Counted from the stretch's first letter, positions 1 to 11,855 are shown. The stretch is DNA of 64,000 nucleotides from an uncultured Spirochaetota bacterium (GCA_963820525.1 CAWGAA010000002.1:576001-640000), one strand, 5' to 3'. A program made the numbers and translations. The notes: generated by a model not told the origin, from the sequence alone.

Positions 1-893
1 TGTACAACGAGCTGGGCCGCATGATGAAGGAGATCATCGCGGGGGAGCCGAAGTTGAACGTGTATTCATTCGGCACCCCCAAGCAGGTCCATGGGGAGGT
101 CTCGCGGCTCATCTCCAAGCTCCGCGACGTGCGCACCGAGCGCCCCGAGTTTCTCTACTACACCCAGAGGGCGTACGAGCTTCTCTTCAACTTCGCCTTC
201 TCCGGCACCGTCAACGAGAAGAAGAACTTCATCGTCGTGCGGACCCCCGTGACTATTCCCTCCCAGAACTTCGCGGTGCACAAGATCCCCGACGTGGACG
301 AGCAGATCGAGAACAGCGTCATGTGCGTGATGCTCCGGGGGGCCCTGCTCCCCTCGATGATCATGTCCAAGGAGATCCAGGAGTACTCGTCCCATGGGTA
401 CGTGACGCCGTTCGCCCTGTTCAAGATCTCCCGCGATGATACGAAGGAAGAGCGTGACATGGAGTATCTGCTCAACCTCGAGCTGTCCTATTTCGACCTG
501 GCCCAGCTCGACGGCCGGGACCTGTTTTTCGCGGACCCCATGAACGCAACAGGGGGAAGCCTCGTTACCGTGGTGAAGTACCTCCTCGGTCAGGGCGTGA
601 AGCCCCGGTCGATCAAGTTTTTCAATTCCATCTCCGCGCTCAAGGGGGCGCTGCGAATTGTTCGTGCCCTGGAGAACGTTGAAATCTACACCCTGTGGAT
701 GGACCCCGTGCTCAACTCGAAGGCCTATATCCTCCCGGGGCTCGGGGATGCCGGCGACAGGATCAATGGGGAGGATGACCGCGACAAACCGCGGAACATC
801 ATCCAGCTCGTTGCCGACTACGGCTCCCACGTGGCAGGGCTCTACAGGGACCAGCTGAGGAAGATCGAGCAGACCGTGCTGGGCGGCGGCTAG
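1..893 (+). CDS. upp: Uracil phosphoribosyltransferase, spirochaete type (5'-partial)
   Basis: PRPP-binding motif [10 protein letters not shown] and C-terminal [12 protein letters not shown]; the frame is open back to the window start. Confidence 0.9.
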   Translation, partial: YNELGRMMKEIIAGEPKLNVYSFGTPKQVHGEVSRLISKLRDVRTERPEFLYYTQRAYELLFNFAFSGTVNEKKNFIVVRTPVTIPSQNFAVHKIPDVDEQIENSVMCVMLRGALLPSMIMSKEIQEYSSHGYVTPFALFKISRDDTKEERDMEYLLNLELSYFDLAQLDGRDLFFADPMNATGGSLVTVVKYLLGQGVKPRSIKFFNSISALKGALRIVRALENVEIYTLWMDPVLNSKAYILPGLGDAGDRINGEDDRDKPRNIIQLVADYGSHVAGLYRDQLRKIEQTVLGGG

Positions 894-958
894 CGGGCCG
901 TCCATGGCCCCGCCGCCCTCGGACGTCCATGTCCAGGGGCGGCTAGCGGGCCGTCCAT
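885..958. repeat. REP-like hairpin cluster: 21-bp direct repeat and stem-loops sharing a GTCCAT loop
   Basis: ggcggctagcgggccgtccat at 885-905 and 938-958; hairpins gggcc-gtccat-ggccc (895-910) and ggac-gtccat-gtcc (921-934), the latter with an extended outer stem; lies between convergent genes. Confidence 0.7.
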
Positions 959-970
959 CCAACCTCGCTC

Positions 971-2608
<1,638 letters not shown>

Positions 2609-2702
2609 TCATCGCTCTATTTTTTCATTTTGGGTTTGCATTGAAAGCCCATGTGGTATAAGGTAGCATTAAGGCGATTTTGTTATAGAAAGGAGAGTAC
2701 GG

Positions 2703-3353
2703 ATGAAAAAATCGATTCCGTGGGCGATCGTCGTTGTGGCGGTCGTCGCCCTCATGGCCTCATGCGCTTCGGCCCCCCCTCAGAAGCCGGCCGTCGCTGC
2801 ACCTGAAGCCGAGCTGGCAAAAGCCAAGGATCTCCAGAAGGAAGTGGATACGTACAGCCTCGGCGACTATGCGCCCGACGAATACGCAGCAGCGGTGAAT
2901 GACCTGAAGGCCGGCGAGGATGCGTACGGCAAGGACAACGCGGCCTCCAAGCAATCGCTGGACAAGGCGATCGCCGGATTCAACACCGTGATCGACAAGG
3001 CGGGTCCGATGTACCTGTCGAAGCTTCGCGATGGGACGGCGGCTTCCAAGAAGGCGGCTGATGATCTGAAGTCATCGGTGGCAGTGAAAGACGACTACGC
3101 GAAAGCCCAGGGAGTCTACGACCGCGCCCTGAAAGAGGATTCGGCGAAGGACATGGCGAACGCCAGCAAGGACTACGCCCAGGCGCGGGATATGTTCAAT
3201 GCCGTGACCGAAAAGGCTCGCGCCAAGCGGGACAAGGCCGAGCAGGCCATCAAAGAAACCGATCAGAGCCAGGCCGCATCGGAGGAGAAGGCAACGGATG
3301 CCGACAAAGCACTCGAGCAAGAGGGTTTCTCCCCAGCGGGCAGTGGTCAATAA
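2703..3353 (+). CDS. Alanine/lysine-rich helical lipoprotein
   Basis: Signal peptide with lipobox MASC; AAAGGAG RBS; helical AK-rich body. Confidence 0.8.
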   Translation: MKKSIPWAIVVVAVVALMASCASAPPQKPAVAAPEAELAKAKDLQKEVDTYSLGDYAPDEYAAAVNDLKAGEDAYGKDNAASKQSLDKAIAGFNTVIDKAGPMYLSKLRDGTAASKKAADDLKSSVAVKDDYAKAQGVYDRALKEDSAKDMANASKDYAQARDMFNAVTEKARAKRDKAEQAIKETDQSQAASEEKATDADKALEQEGFSPAGSGQ

Positions 3354-3365
3354 GGAGGCCGACTT

Positions 3366-4073
3366 ATGAGCAGATTCACGACGATACTCGCGATTGTCGC
3401 AATTATCCTCGGTTCGGCCGCGGCCGCCCTTTCAGCACAATCGCTTCTGAACAATGAGTTCTACAGGAAAGCACAGGACCTCAAAGCACAGTCGGCGCAG
3501 GCCTTCCAGAACGGGGATTACGACCAGGCAGCAGCTCTGGCCGATCAGGCCAAGGAATACTTCGCGAAATCGGACGAATATGTTGCCACGATGACCGCCC
3601 TCTATACCGCCAGGGGGTGGCTCTTCAGGGCAAACGAACGGATCGCCTATGCGAAGTCCATCAAGGCGGACGTAAACTACAGGGATGCATACAACCAGGC
3701 GGTGAGCGACGCCGGCGGCGCCAAGGACGCCCTCGATGCGAAAGAATACGACAGGAGCACGGAGCTTTCGAAGAGCGCGCTCGCCGTGCTGGAGAATATC
3801 GCTCCGGCAAGTGCACAGGTCCTGCCCCGCCAATATATCGTGCGGCTCATCCCGTCACGGAGAGACTGCTTCTGGCGCATCGCGGAATACCCGTTCGTCT
3901 ACAACAATCCCTGGATGTGGAGAAAGCTCTACGAGGCGAATAAATCCATCCTGACCAACCCCGACAATCCCGATCTTATCGAACCGGGGCAGGTCTTCAC
4001 GATTCCCGACATTTCCAGCGAGCAGCGTGAGGGAATGTACGATCCCAAGAAAAGCTATTCGCCTTTAAAGTAG
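3366..4073 (+). CDS. Secreted protein with C-terminal spirochaete-type LysM domain
   Basis: Signal peptide; DCFWRIA...W..LYEANK...NPDLIEPGQVFTIP LysM motif; AAGGAGG RBS. Confidence 0.88.
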   Translation: MSRFTTILAIVAIILGSAAAALSAQSLLNNEFYRKAQDLKAQSAQAFQNGDYDQAAALADQAKEYFAKSDEYVATMTALYTARGWLFRANERIAYAKSIKADVNYRDAYNQAVSDAGGAKDALDAKEYDRSTELSKSALAVLENIAPASAQVLPRQYIVRLIPSRRDCFWRIAEYPFVYNNPWMWRKLYEANKSILTNPDNPDLIEPGQVFTIPDISSEQREGMYDPKKSYSPLK

Positions 4074-4087
4074 CGAGTGAAAGAGAG

Positions 4088-4118
4088 GCGGCCCCGACCA
4101 TGAGGGGCCGCTATTTTG
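4088..4118 (+). terminator. Intrinsic terminator
   Basis: gcggcccc-N8-ggggccgc followed by tattttg. Confidence 0.7.
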
Positions 4119-4148
4119 TCTCCTGGCAGCCACGTACCGACCCGCCAG

Positions 4149-4481
4149 CTATGGGCTCAGGACTTCCTCAAGCCAGGCGAGGTACGATTCTGCACCGTCA
4201 GTGATGGGAACGAAGGTGAGCTCGGGCACCTCGTACGGATGGATCTGGCGAAGGAGACTTTTCAAGCCGGGGAGCAAGGAGCGCCTCGTCTTTAATAAGA
4301 TGAGCCGCTCGGGTTCCGTCTGCATCTTTTCTTTCCACCAGTACATGCTGGTGATGGGAGGGCTCACCTGCGCGCACGCTGCGAGCTTCCGCGAAACGAT
4401 TTCATGCGCGATTCTCTCAGCTTCATCCACCGGTGTGCTCACGAAGGCCATGCCGAAGTCGGCCTTGTGCTTGTTGTTCAT
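4149..4481 (-). CDS. cutA: Divalent-cation tolerance protein CutA
   Basis: LAACAQ, SMYWW, HPYEVPE motifs. Confidence 0.92.
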   Translation of the reverse strand: MNNKHKADFGMAFVSTPVDEAERIAHEIVSRKLAACAQVSPPITSMYWWKEKMQTEPERLILLKTRRSLLPGLKSLLRQIHPYEVPELTFVPITDGAESYLAWLEEVLSP

Positions 4482-4643
4482 AGACCGCCTCCCTCACAGT
4501 GAGAAGCATCTCAACTGTGGAAATGCATGTCAACGCCCGATCCGATGATCAGTCGAATTGACTCTTCGGTTCGATGAAATAAACCTTCAAATACATCTTT
4601 TGGCTACTGACGTACCTCTGGGTTTACTGCGATTCTAACAGCC

Positions 4644-5171
4644 ATGAATATACTTCTCCTTTTTGACGGGGACTCAAAGACGGATCTGTCGGAATACATT
4701 CACGCAGGAATCGGCGCTCTTGCGCGTGAAAAAGGGCATACCGTTATAGCAATCGAGCTGAAAAGAAACGACGTACCGCCCTGCCTCGGCTGCTTTAGCT
4801 GCTTCACGAAACACCCGGGAGTGTGCGTTCATAATGAATCGTTTGCCGGCATCATCGAACAAGCCCCGCATTGCCCGTTCATCATTTTTCTGACCCCGGT
4901 GTTGTTCGGCGCCTTTTCTTCTGCGATGAAGAACGCATTAGACAGGGGCGGGCTCATCATCAAGAACCATAAGAGCTGCAGGCAGATCATCATCGGGTAT
5001 GGAGAAGACGCGAATGACGAGGAAAGAAGCACTTTCGTAGACACTACCGCCAGGCACAGGGGAAAGGCCGACATAGTCCACCCGATTTTCGGAGAGAGCT
5101 TTGAGGTATTTTTCACTGGGTCCCGGGAAGAGAGCGATAGAATCTGCGAAACCCTTGGACGTATGGCATGA
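4644..5171 (+). CDS. Flavodoxin-like (iron-sulfur flavoprotein-type) protein
   Basis: CLGCFSC...PGVC cysteine motif; TPVLFGAFSSAMKNALDR. Confidence 0.8.
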   Translation: MNILLLFDGDSKTDLSEYIHAGIGALAREKGHTVIAIELKRNDVPPCLGCFSCFTKHPGVCVHNESFAGIIEQAPHCPFIIFLTPVLFGAFSSAMKNALDRGGLIIKNHKSCRQIIIGYGEDANDEERSTFVDTTARHRGKADIVHPIFGESFEVFFTGSREESDRICETLGRMA

Positions 5172-5184
5172 AACGGAGGTTAGA

Positions 5185-5838
5185 ATGAAGAGGGTCTGCC
5201 TTGTAAACGGCAGTTTGAGGGGAGAGAAATCGTCGAGCCGTGAATTCCTGAGCGATGTATTGACCAGGATGAATGCCGCCGAGTTCAGCACGGAAAAAAT
5301 TTCGGTCAAGGCCAAGTCACACGACGGCTATCCCGATGAAACCTTGAGCATCATGGCGTACGCCGACGCAGTGGTCATCGCATTCCCGCTTTTCACCTAC
5401 TCGCTTCCGGGAGGTCTTGCGAGGCTCCTCGAGGATTTCTATTCATATGCGACAAGAGGCGGTGGGCACAGCAAGAACGCGAAGGTTTTTGCCATTGTGA
5501 ATTGTGGATTTCCTGAGCCGGGAATATGCAACGAAGCCATCCGGGTGGTCAGAAACTTTTGCGCAAGACTTGGGCTGAGCTATCGATTCTCGGTGGCCAT
5601 TGGGTCGGGACCCGCGACCGTGATGACCAGGAAAATCCCGTTCCTGAACCTTGCCCTGAAAAGGGCTTTCTCGCGCATTGTGAAGGACATACGCGGCGCG
5701 GGTTCGGAAAAAATGGAAGATATGTTCATCAAGCCCATCATTCCCAAGGGCATAATACTCAAGATCAAGGAGCAGTATGAGAAGAAGATGCCGACTTTGC
5801 AGCCGAACCCGCTGGGAGCGGATGTGGGCCCATCCTGA
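5185..5838 (+). CDS. NAD(P)H-dependent oxidoreductase, flavodoxin-like fold
   Basis: NGSLRG..SSS, VIAFPLF, VNCGFPE motifs; GGAGG upstream of ATG at 5185. Confidence 0.8.
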   Translation: MKRVCLVNGSLRGEKSSSREFLSDVLTRMNAAEFSTEKISVKAKSHDGYPDETLSIMAYADAVVIAFPLFTYSLPGGLARLLEDFYSYATRGGGHSKNAKVFAIVNCGFPEPGICNEAIRVVRNFCARLGLSYRFSVAIGSGPATVMTRKIPFLNLALKRAFSRIVKDIRGAGSEKMEDMFIKPIIPKGIILKIKEQYEKKMPTLQPNPLGADVGPS

Positions 5839-5898
5839 ATATCGCCGATCAGCGCTTCGATAGAGCATGCGAGCTTGTTTGCGCGCATGTGCGCCTGC

Positions 5899-6972
5899 TT
5901 ATGCAAGCACAGCCGGCAAGCCGAGAAACGCGCTATAGTGCTGTGCTGCCGCGGCAAGCGAATGTTCATCGGATTTCTTCGGCGACGTGAACCAACTCGG
6001 TGTGATGACGACGGAGTCTTTCTGCAATGTCCGTTTCCAAGTGCCAACGACCCGCCCGTTGATAACAATCGTCGGGCTCAACATACCCCCGCCAGCGTTC
6101 GTTTGCTTTACATGCAGCGGGTCCACTACAGCACTACGATCTCTGTAGCCAACCAGGTACTCATCAAAACCCGGCAACAGATGCGCGGCTCTCGCTTTGG
6201 TTTTTGCGGTGGGCAGGGACGAAGCAAGCCAATAGGTCTGGCCGCCGAGAATCTCCTTCGCCAGATGCGGCTTGACTATTTCAAGCCCCTCCCGTGCATC
6301 TGCCGCGGATAGTCCAGACCACCACACAAAATCTTGCAGCATAGCAGGTCCATGGCTCGTAAAGTAGCGCCTGGCGAGTTCTGCCAATGCGACATCATGT
6401 TCCATCCGCTTTGCCATGGGCGCCCATTCATCGAGCAAGGTGAAGGTTTGCTGTTTGCCAGCGCGTGCTCCAAAGCAGATCACGCCTTCTTGCGCCAGTC
6501 GTGCTAAGATGTGAATCCCCCGTTGCCCGGCCGGTGAAATATGCGCTGACTCCAGTACCCGATACATTGCCTCTCGCGAAAGTTGCTTGCCACCCTGGAG
6601 GGTACGGACGAACAATTCTTTGCTGCGGGAGAATGTGGCATCATCGAGGTCGAGTTGCCGGTAGCGCAACGTACGACCCACAAAGATTCGGGGCCTCAAC
6701 AGTTCGAGCATCCATCGGACATCTGACGCCGCCACGAAGTGCAGGGTACCGCGCAAGGGCCAGGTTCGGATGATCGTTCTATTGAAGAGGGCTCGTTCGA
6801 TATCAACTTCGGTCTTGTTTTGCACGCGAAGCCCGACCGCCCACAACGCACCGAGATAATCCTGCGCCTGGACAGCGCCCAGCCACCGCACGAGATCGCT
6901 TGGCGTATCAAACGCTGTCCCGGCAATGCGTTGGCTAAAGAGTCGGTGACGCGCGATATTCACGCGAGACAT
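5899..6972 (-). CDS. AlkZ-like DNA glycosylase (HTH_42 winged-helix family)
   Basis: QAQ catalytic-type motif, RTWPLRGTLH, DFVWWSGL, LPGFDEYLVGY, GRVVGTW. Confidence 0.85.
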   Translation of the reverse strand: MSRVNIARHRLFSQRIAGTAFDTPSDLVRWLGAVQAQDYLGALWAVGLRVQNKTEVDIERALFNRTIIRTWPLRGTLHFVAASDVRWMLELLRPRIFVGRTLRYRQLDLDDATFSRSKELFVRTLQGGKQLSREAMYRVLESAHISPAGQRGIHILARLAQEGVICFGARAGKQQTFTLLDEWAPMAKRMEHDVALAELARRYFTSHGPAMLQDFVWWSGLSAADAREGLEIVKPHLAKEILGGQTYWLASSLPTAKTKARAAHLLPGFDEYLVGYRDRSAVVDPLHVKQTNAGGGMLSPTIVINGRVVGTWKRTLQKDSVVITPSWFTSPKKSDEHSLAAAAQHYSAFLGLPAVLA

Positions 6973-7067
6973 TTCATGATTCCTCGAGGTCACCTGCAGA
7001 GACCGACGAAGCCGCAATCCATTGATCTCCTCGTCGTCATCGTCGGCTCAGGGATTCGCCTCCCCCG

Positions 7068-8057
7068 TCAGAGGGATTCCCCCCATTGGATGGTCGGCAT
7101 GAGTTCTACGGAGTGGACTTGGTTGTCTGCGGATTTCTGCATATCCAAAAAGAGAGAGACAGCGATCTCACCCACTTTTTCGATGGGGTATTCGACGGTG
7201 GACAGCTTCGGGGTAATGTAACGGAGAGCATGGATCGAGTCGAATCCCATCAGCCCCACATCTGCCGGAACGGCGAGCCCTCGGGCCTTGATATCGTTGA
7301 GGATTTCCAGTGCGAAGATATCGCTGCAGCAGACGATCGCGGTCCGTGGTTGGGACAGGTCCATCCCGCGTATCTCACCGACGTAGTCGCCTGCCGTAGA
7401 GACGATTTGGTACTGCATGCCCGGGTGCGCGGACAGGGTCTCGCTGAACCCTGCAAACCGCTCGTCGATCTCGTAGAGGTTCGCCCTTTCTTCATCGATA
7501 TTCAGGGGACCGACGAATATCAGCCGCCGATAGCCCTTTTGAATGATGGTTTCCGTTACCTCACGCATGATGGCTCTGTCGGAGAGCCCGACGAACGGCA
7601 GCCCTTCCGCGACCTTGTTGGCGATCGTGACGATCGGGCGGTTCAACCCCTGGAGAAAAGCGCCAAAGCCGTCTCCGGAGGCGGTCGGAAAAAGAATGAT
7701 ACCGTCCACATTCTGCGCCACCATGTGCTCCAGCACGGTCCTTTCGCGCGCCGCGTCGCGCAGCGACACGGAAAGCCGGATGAAGTAGTGATGGCTCCAG
7801 GAGATCGCCTGGATGACGTTCACGAGCTGCGCAAAGAACTCGTTATCCAGGTCGTGAACGATGAGACCGATCTCGTAGGTCCGCCCGATCTTCAGGTTCC
7901 GGGCGACAACATTCGGCTTGTAATTGAACTCGCGTGCTTTTTCGAGGACCATCGCGCGAGTTCGGGGGCTTATTCCGGGCCTGTTTCGGAACGCCCTATC
8001 AACCGTCGCAAGCGAAACCCCGCATATTCTCGCCAGGTCCTTGATGGTTATCCCCAT
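7068..8057 (-). CDS. LacI-family transcriptional regulator
   Basis: TIKDLARICGVSLATVDRA HTH; GFD and LSTV periplasmic-binding-domain motifs. Confidence 0.92.
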   Translation of the reverse strand: MGITIKDLARICGVSLATVDRAFRNRPGISPRTRAMVLEKAREFNYKPNVVARNLKIGRTYEIGLIVHDLDNEFFAQLVNVIQAISWSHHYFIRLSVSLRDAARERTVLEHMVAQNVDGIILFPTASGDGFGAFLQGLNRPIVTIANKVAEGLPFVGLSDRAIMREVTETIIQKGYRRLIFVGPLNIDEERANLYEIDERFAGFSETLSAHPGMQYQIVSTAGDYVGEIRGMDLSQPRTAIVCCSDIFALEILNDIKARGLAVPADVGLMGFDSIHALRYITPKLSTVEYPIEKVGEIAVSLFLDMQKSADNQVHSVELMPTIQWGESL

Positions 8058-8060
8058 ACG

Positions 8061-10127
8061 TCAGCCATCCCCTTCCACCGAGATCCTCACGACTTCCCAG
8101 AGCACGACGCGCGATACCGTGATCCGTGTATCGGCCCCCGATACCGATGTGCTCCACTCCGATCCTTCCCTCAGTGTTTCGACGGCGTTGACCCTCTTGC
8201 CGTGCACAACGACGCACACGTCGGAAACGGCAACCGCCTCTTCCATGTACTCATACGACCGTTGATAATTCCCGTCGACCGTGTCCATGAGGCCGCAGCA
8301 CAAGCCAGGCTCCACGTTCGGGTTGAGAAGGTGCACATAGAAATCAGCGCCATTCTGAGCAATTGAGAAATCCATTCTCAAAGGAATTTCCAAGGTGATA
8401 ACGGGAGGGGAAACCAATCGCTCGATCACGCCGCCGATCATGCCGCGGATTTCCCGAGCCGGCTCCTTCGCGTAATGAAAGAACAGCGGCTGCGGGAACA
8501 GAACGAACGTGCCCTTACCGAGCGTGCGCTCGATCAAGCAGGGGACATCCGATGGCTCATAGGGGGAAGGGAGGTTGTTATGGAAGAATTCGGTATTCCC
8601 GTTCTCGCAGATGGGATTCACTATCATTCCCTGGGTACCGCTGCCCGCACGATAGCACCTGAAGCTTCCACGAACAAGCACGTCCCGTTCTTTGTACTCG
8701 GGGTGCCGTGCAAACGAGATGGAAAAAGGCGAGATTTCTCCCGCGGTTATGGTGAAGATATCCTCCAGTTCTTGTTTCGTGCTGCCCGAGCTGCCGACCT
8801 CTCCAGCTGCGATCAAGCAGCCGCCGCGCTCGATGAATTCCTTGAAAACCTCCCATTCCTTTTCTGATACGCGCGAAACCGCTGGAAGGAGCAGCACCTG
8901 TATCCCACGGAGGCCTTCGAGGGACACGCTTTCGTCGAATATGAAATCCACCGGAAGCCGAAGATCATGAAGCAGGCGAAAAGCCCCCGATATATTGCGG
9001 ATGAAGGTCGGCTGTTCCGGGCAGGAATCCTTTGTTTTCTGGGAATGGTAGATTGCTGCGTATCGCGGGAAACCACCCTGGACAGTTCGCGCCATCCTGG
9101 TTATCTCTTGGAAGATCTCCTTGAAGTCATGATCGTAGAGTTTCTCGTCGATTCTCCCGTCGTAGTACGGTTGGTCGTCTATCGTAACCGTTGCCCCATG
9201 AGAAAACGCGGCAAACGCCTCGTAGGAGAGGAATGGTTTCGGTTTCTTGGAGTAGTCCCATGTGTTGATGAACCTGCTGATGAGGGTCTCATAAGGCCGT
9301 CCCTCCGCCACCCCGCGAAGAAAGATCGGGAAAAAGGATGAGGCCCGTATGCCCGTCCAGTCTGAATAGGCTTCACCAGTGATGAAATCAGCCGACCTCA
9401 CAGAGCCTACCGCGCGGCTGCCCATTTCCGGGGAGGAATACGGATACCCCCAGTAATTGTTCGTGAGCGCAAGCCCGCCCTTTGCCGAGCGGACAAGGCC
9501 GGCGATTTCACCGTAAAAGGCCTCAACGTAGTCGTACCTGAACTCTACGAGCCGGCCGTACCAGGGATCTCCTCGGCCTGCGGGGATGGGCGCGCCAAAG
9601 GTTTGCAAGTATTTGCGCCTGCAATACTCGCAGCTGCAGTTTCCATCTCCGATGATGGTCATGTCGATCCACATGCCGTCTATCGGCTTTAAAGCGATCA
9701 GCTGTACGTGCCGTTTCACGAGCTCGGCGTACGGGGAATTGATGCAGAGCGTCTTCCAGCGCTGCCCGGATTTTCCACGCTCTCCGTCCGAGCCGACGGT
9801 CAACCATTCCGGGTGCTCGGCGGCAATCCTCTCATCCCACGCCACGGAATAGTATGCAATCACCCTGACGCCGTTCGGGCGCAGGCGTGCGGCAAGCTCT
9901 TCGAGCAGGTCCGTATTGCCCAGGCCGGGGTGCAGGCGCTCGCCCTCGATGCGGGTGTAGAAATTTCCATACTGGCATTTCGCGTAAAGGACGGCGGAAT
10001 CCGCCCCCGTTTCACGGATTTTATCCGCTATTCTTGCGGGATCGAAGGCTGCGGCGACACCCTTCGCCGGCCATGAGGGAAGATGCATGTCGAGGAAAAT
10101 CCTGGTCTTGCTCTCATCAATGAACAT
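8061..10127 (-). CDS. Putative glycoside hydrolase (GHL6/GH151-like TIM barrel with trimerization-type domain)
   Basis: LDMH...FDP...YAKCQYG...HPGL, HPEW, CINSPY, DGMWID, CSCEYC; sits in a sugar ABC operon. Confidence 0.7.
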   Translation of the reverse strand: MFIDESKTRIFLDMHLPSWPAKGVAAAFDPARIADKIRETGADSAVLYAKCQYGNFYTRIEGERLHPGLGNTDLLEELAARLRPNGVRVIAYYSVAWDERIAAEHPEWLTVGSDGERGKSGQRWKTLCINSPYAELVKRHVQLIALKPIDGMWIDMTIIGDGNCSCEYCRRKYLQTFGAPIPAGRGDPWYGRLVEFRYDYVEAFYGEIAGLVRSAKGGLALTNNYWGYPYSSPEMGSRAVGSVRSADFITGEAYSDWTGIRASSFFPIFLRGVAEGRPYETLISRFINTWDYSKKPKPFLSYEAFAAFSHGATVTIDDQPYYDGRIDEKLYDHDFKEIFQEITRMARTVQGGFPRYAAIYHSQKTKDSCPEQPTFIRNISGAFRLLHDLRLPVDFIFDESVSLEGLRGIQVLLLPAVSRVSEKEWEVFKEFIERGGCLIAAGEVGSSGSTKQELEDIFTITAGEISPFSISFARHPEYKERDVLVRGSFRCYRAGSGTQGMIVNPICENGNTEFFHNNLPSPYEPSDVPCLIERTLGKGTFVLFPQPLFFHYAKEPAREIRGMIGGVIERLVSPPVITLEIPLRMDFSIAQNGADFYVHLLNPNVEPGLCCGLMDTVDGNYQRSYEYMEEAVAVSDVCVVVHGKRVNAVETLREGSEWSTSVSGADTRITVSRVVLWEVVRISVEGDG

Positions 10128-10138
10128 TCATGTCCCCG

Positions 10139-10981
10139 CTATCCCTTGATCCCGGTGGAGGAAATTCCCACCACATAGTAGCGCTGCAGGAAGATAAAAA
10201 TCGCAATGACCGGGATCGCGCTGATGAAGATCCCGGCGAACAACAAGGCGGTGTCGATGAAGAACATGTGGGAATAGATGTCGGCTATCGCCACTTGAAG
10301 GAGCATGAGATTCTTGTTCGATATGAAGGTCACCGGGATGAGGAAATTATCCCACTGCTGAAGGAAAACGATGAGCCCAAGGGTAACCAGCGCCGTGCGG
10401 CAGAGCGGGATCATGATCCTCAGGAATACGACGAGCTTGCTGCAGCCGTCGATCTCCGCGGCTTCATCGAGCTCCGTGGGGATTCCCGCCATGAACTGAC
10501 GCATGAAAAAGATCCCGAAGCCGGTCGCGCAGAACGGCAAGATGAGGGAAGCGAGCCTGTTCATCAGCCCGAGCTCCTTCACAATCCGGTACAGCGGCAC
10601 AATGAGGATTTCAATGGGCAGGATCATCGTGGCGATAACGATGGCAAACACGACGTTCTTGCCGCGAAAAGTGAACCGGGCAAAGGCATAGGCCGCCGCC
10701 GCATTGACGAGCAGGCTCAGGAAGGTGACGCTCAAACAGACGAACAACGTCACGGCGAACACGCGAAGCATGTTCACCGCCTTGAAAAGGCGGTCGAAGT
10801 TGCCCAGCGTGAAGCGCTCCGGCACGAAAGAGTGAAGGGATATTCCGGTCAGTCTGACGATCTCCTCATTGCTTCGAAATGCCAACGAGAGGCTCCAGAT
10901 CAAGGGTAAGAGCACCACCAGCGAGAGAAGGGTCAGGAGTACGCCGCGAACGGCCGAGCCGCCGGAGAATCTAGCGTGCAT
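10139..10981 (-). CDS. Carbohydrate ABC transporter permease (MalG-like)
   Basis: EAA loop ELDEAAEIDG; multiple TM helices. Confidence 0.92.
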   Translation of the reverse strand: MHARFSGGSAVRGVLLTLLSLVVLLPLIWSLSLAFRSNEEIVRLTGISLHSFVPERFTLGNFDRLFKAVNMLRVFAVTLFVCLSVTFLSLLVNAAAAYAFARFTFRGKNVVFAIVIATMILPIEILIVPLYRIVKELGLMNRLASLILPFCATGFGIFFMRQFMAGIPTELDEAAEIDGCSKLVVFLRIMIPLCRTALVTLGLIVFLQQWDNFLIPVTFISNKNLMLLQVAIADIYSHMFFIDTALLFAGIFISAIPVIAIFIFLQRYYVVGISSTGIKG

Positions 10982-11855
10982 CGTGAACCTCCCCTATCTT
11001 GAGCTGGACGAGGTTGATGCCCAGAATGAAGACAAACATGACCATCGCGATCGCGGCGGCGTAGCCGATGTCGCCCAGCTTGAACGCCGTCCGCCAGATG
11101 AAATACACCAGGAGGTCTGTTCTTCCCCGCGGTCCGCCATCCGTCATGACGTAGACGGGCGTGAATACCTTGATGAATGAATCCATCGTGGTCACCACGA
11201 CGACGAAGAGGATGGTCCGCTTGAGGAGGGGAAGGGTGATGAACCGGACCTTCTGTGCGGGCCTGACGCCGTCCAGGTACGCCGCCTCGTAGAGCTCGTT
11301 CGGGATCTCCTTCAATCCGGCGATAAAGATCATCATGAAGAAGGCAAACGATTTCCAGATGCAAGCGACGATCATGCTGCCGAGAGCTTGGGCGGGGTTG
11401 GAAAGGAAGCCCTGCCGCCCGATGCCGAGAGCGCCCAGAAATCCGTTGATTAGGCCAAAATCGGGGTTGTAGAGGAATTTCCACAGGAACGCAACGACAA
11501 CGAACGAAAGAACGACGGGAATGAAGAAAAGAGTCCGTACTGCGCCCATCAGCTTTTTTTCAGATTGCACCAGCAGGGCTACGGCAAGCGCCATCGATGT
11601 CTGGACGATGACGACGACGACCATGAAAGTCACGCTCGCCGTGAGGGAGGAATAGAAATCACTGCTGGTAAAGAGAGTGATGTAATTATCAAGCCCGACT
11701 AGGGAGGTTGTGCCTATGATGCTCGCCTTGCAGAAGCTGAGGTAGATCATATTCACGCCGGGATAGATGATGAAAACGAGGATGACCGCCAGCGCGGGGG
11801 CCAGGAACAGGTACGGTGTCGCGATCCATCCTCTTCTTCGGGTCAACTTTGTCAT
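10971..11855 (-). CDS. Carbohydrate ABC transporter permease (MalF-like)
   Basis: ELYEAAYLDG EAA motif; start at 11855 or 11861 after AGAGGG. Confidence 0.9.
   Translation of the reverse strand: MTKLTRRRGWIATPYLFLAPALAVILVFIIYPGVNMIYLSFCKASIIGTTSLVGLDNYITLFTSSDFYSSLTASVTFMVVVVIVQTSMALAVALLVQSEKKLMGAVRTLFFIPVVLSFVVVAFLWKFLYNPDFGLINGFLGALGIGRQGFLSNPAQALGSMIVACIWKSFAFFMMIFIAGLKEIPNELYEAAYLDGVRPAQKVRFITLPLLKRTILFVVVVTTMDSFIKVFTPVYVMTDGGPRGRTDLLVYFIWRTAFKLGDIGYAAAIAMVMFVFILGINLVQLKIGEVHDAR

Noticed and set aside
4482..4643. Possible riboswitch or leader RNA before the flavodoxin-like gene
   Set aside because: No recognisable aptamer consensus or terminator.
7086..8366. Long plus-strand ORF (426 aa), and similar shadow ORFs such as 66-1007, 11816-13036, 16077-17447 and 47430-49127
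   Set aside because: They are antisense to well-supported genes and lack motifs; long shadow frames are expected in GC-rich DNA.
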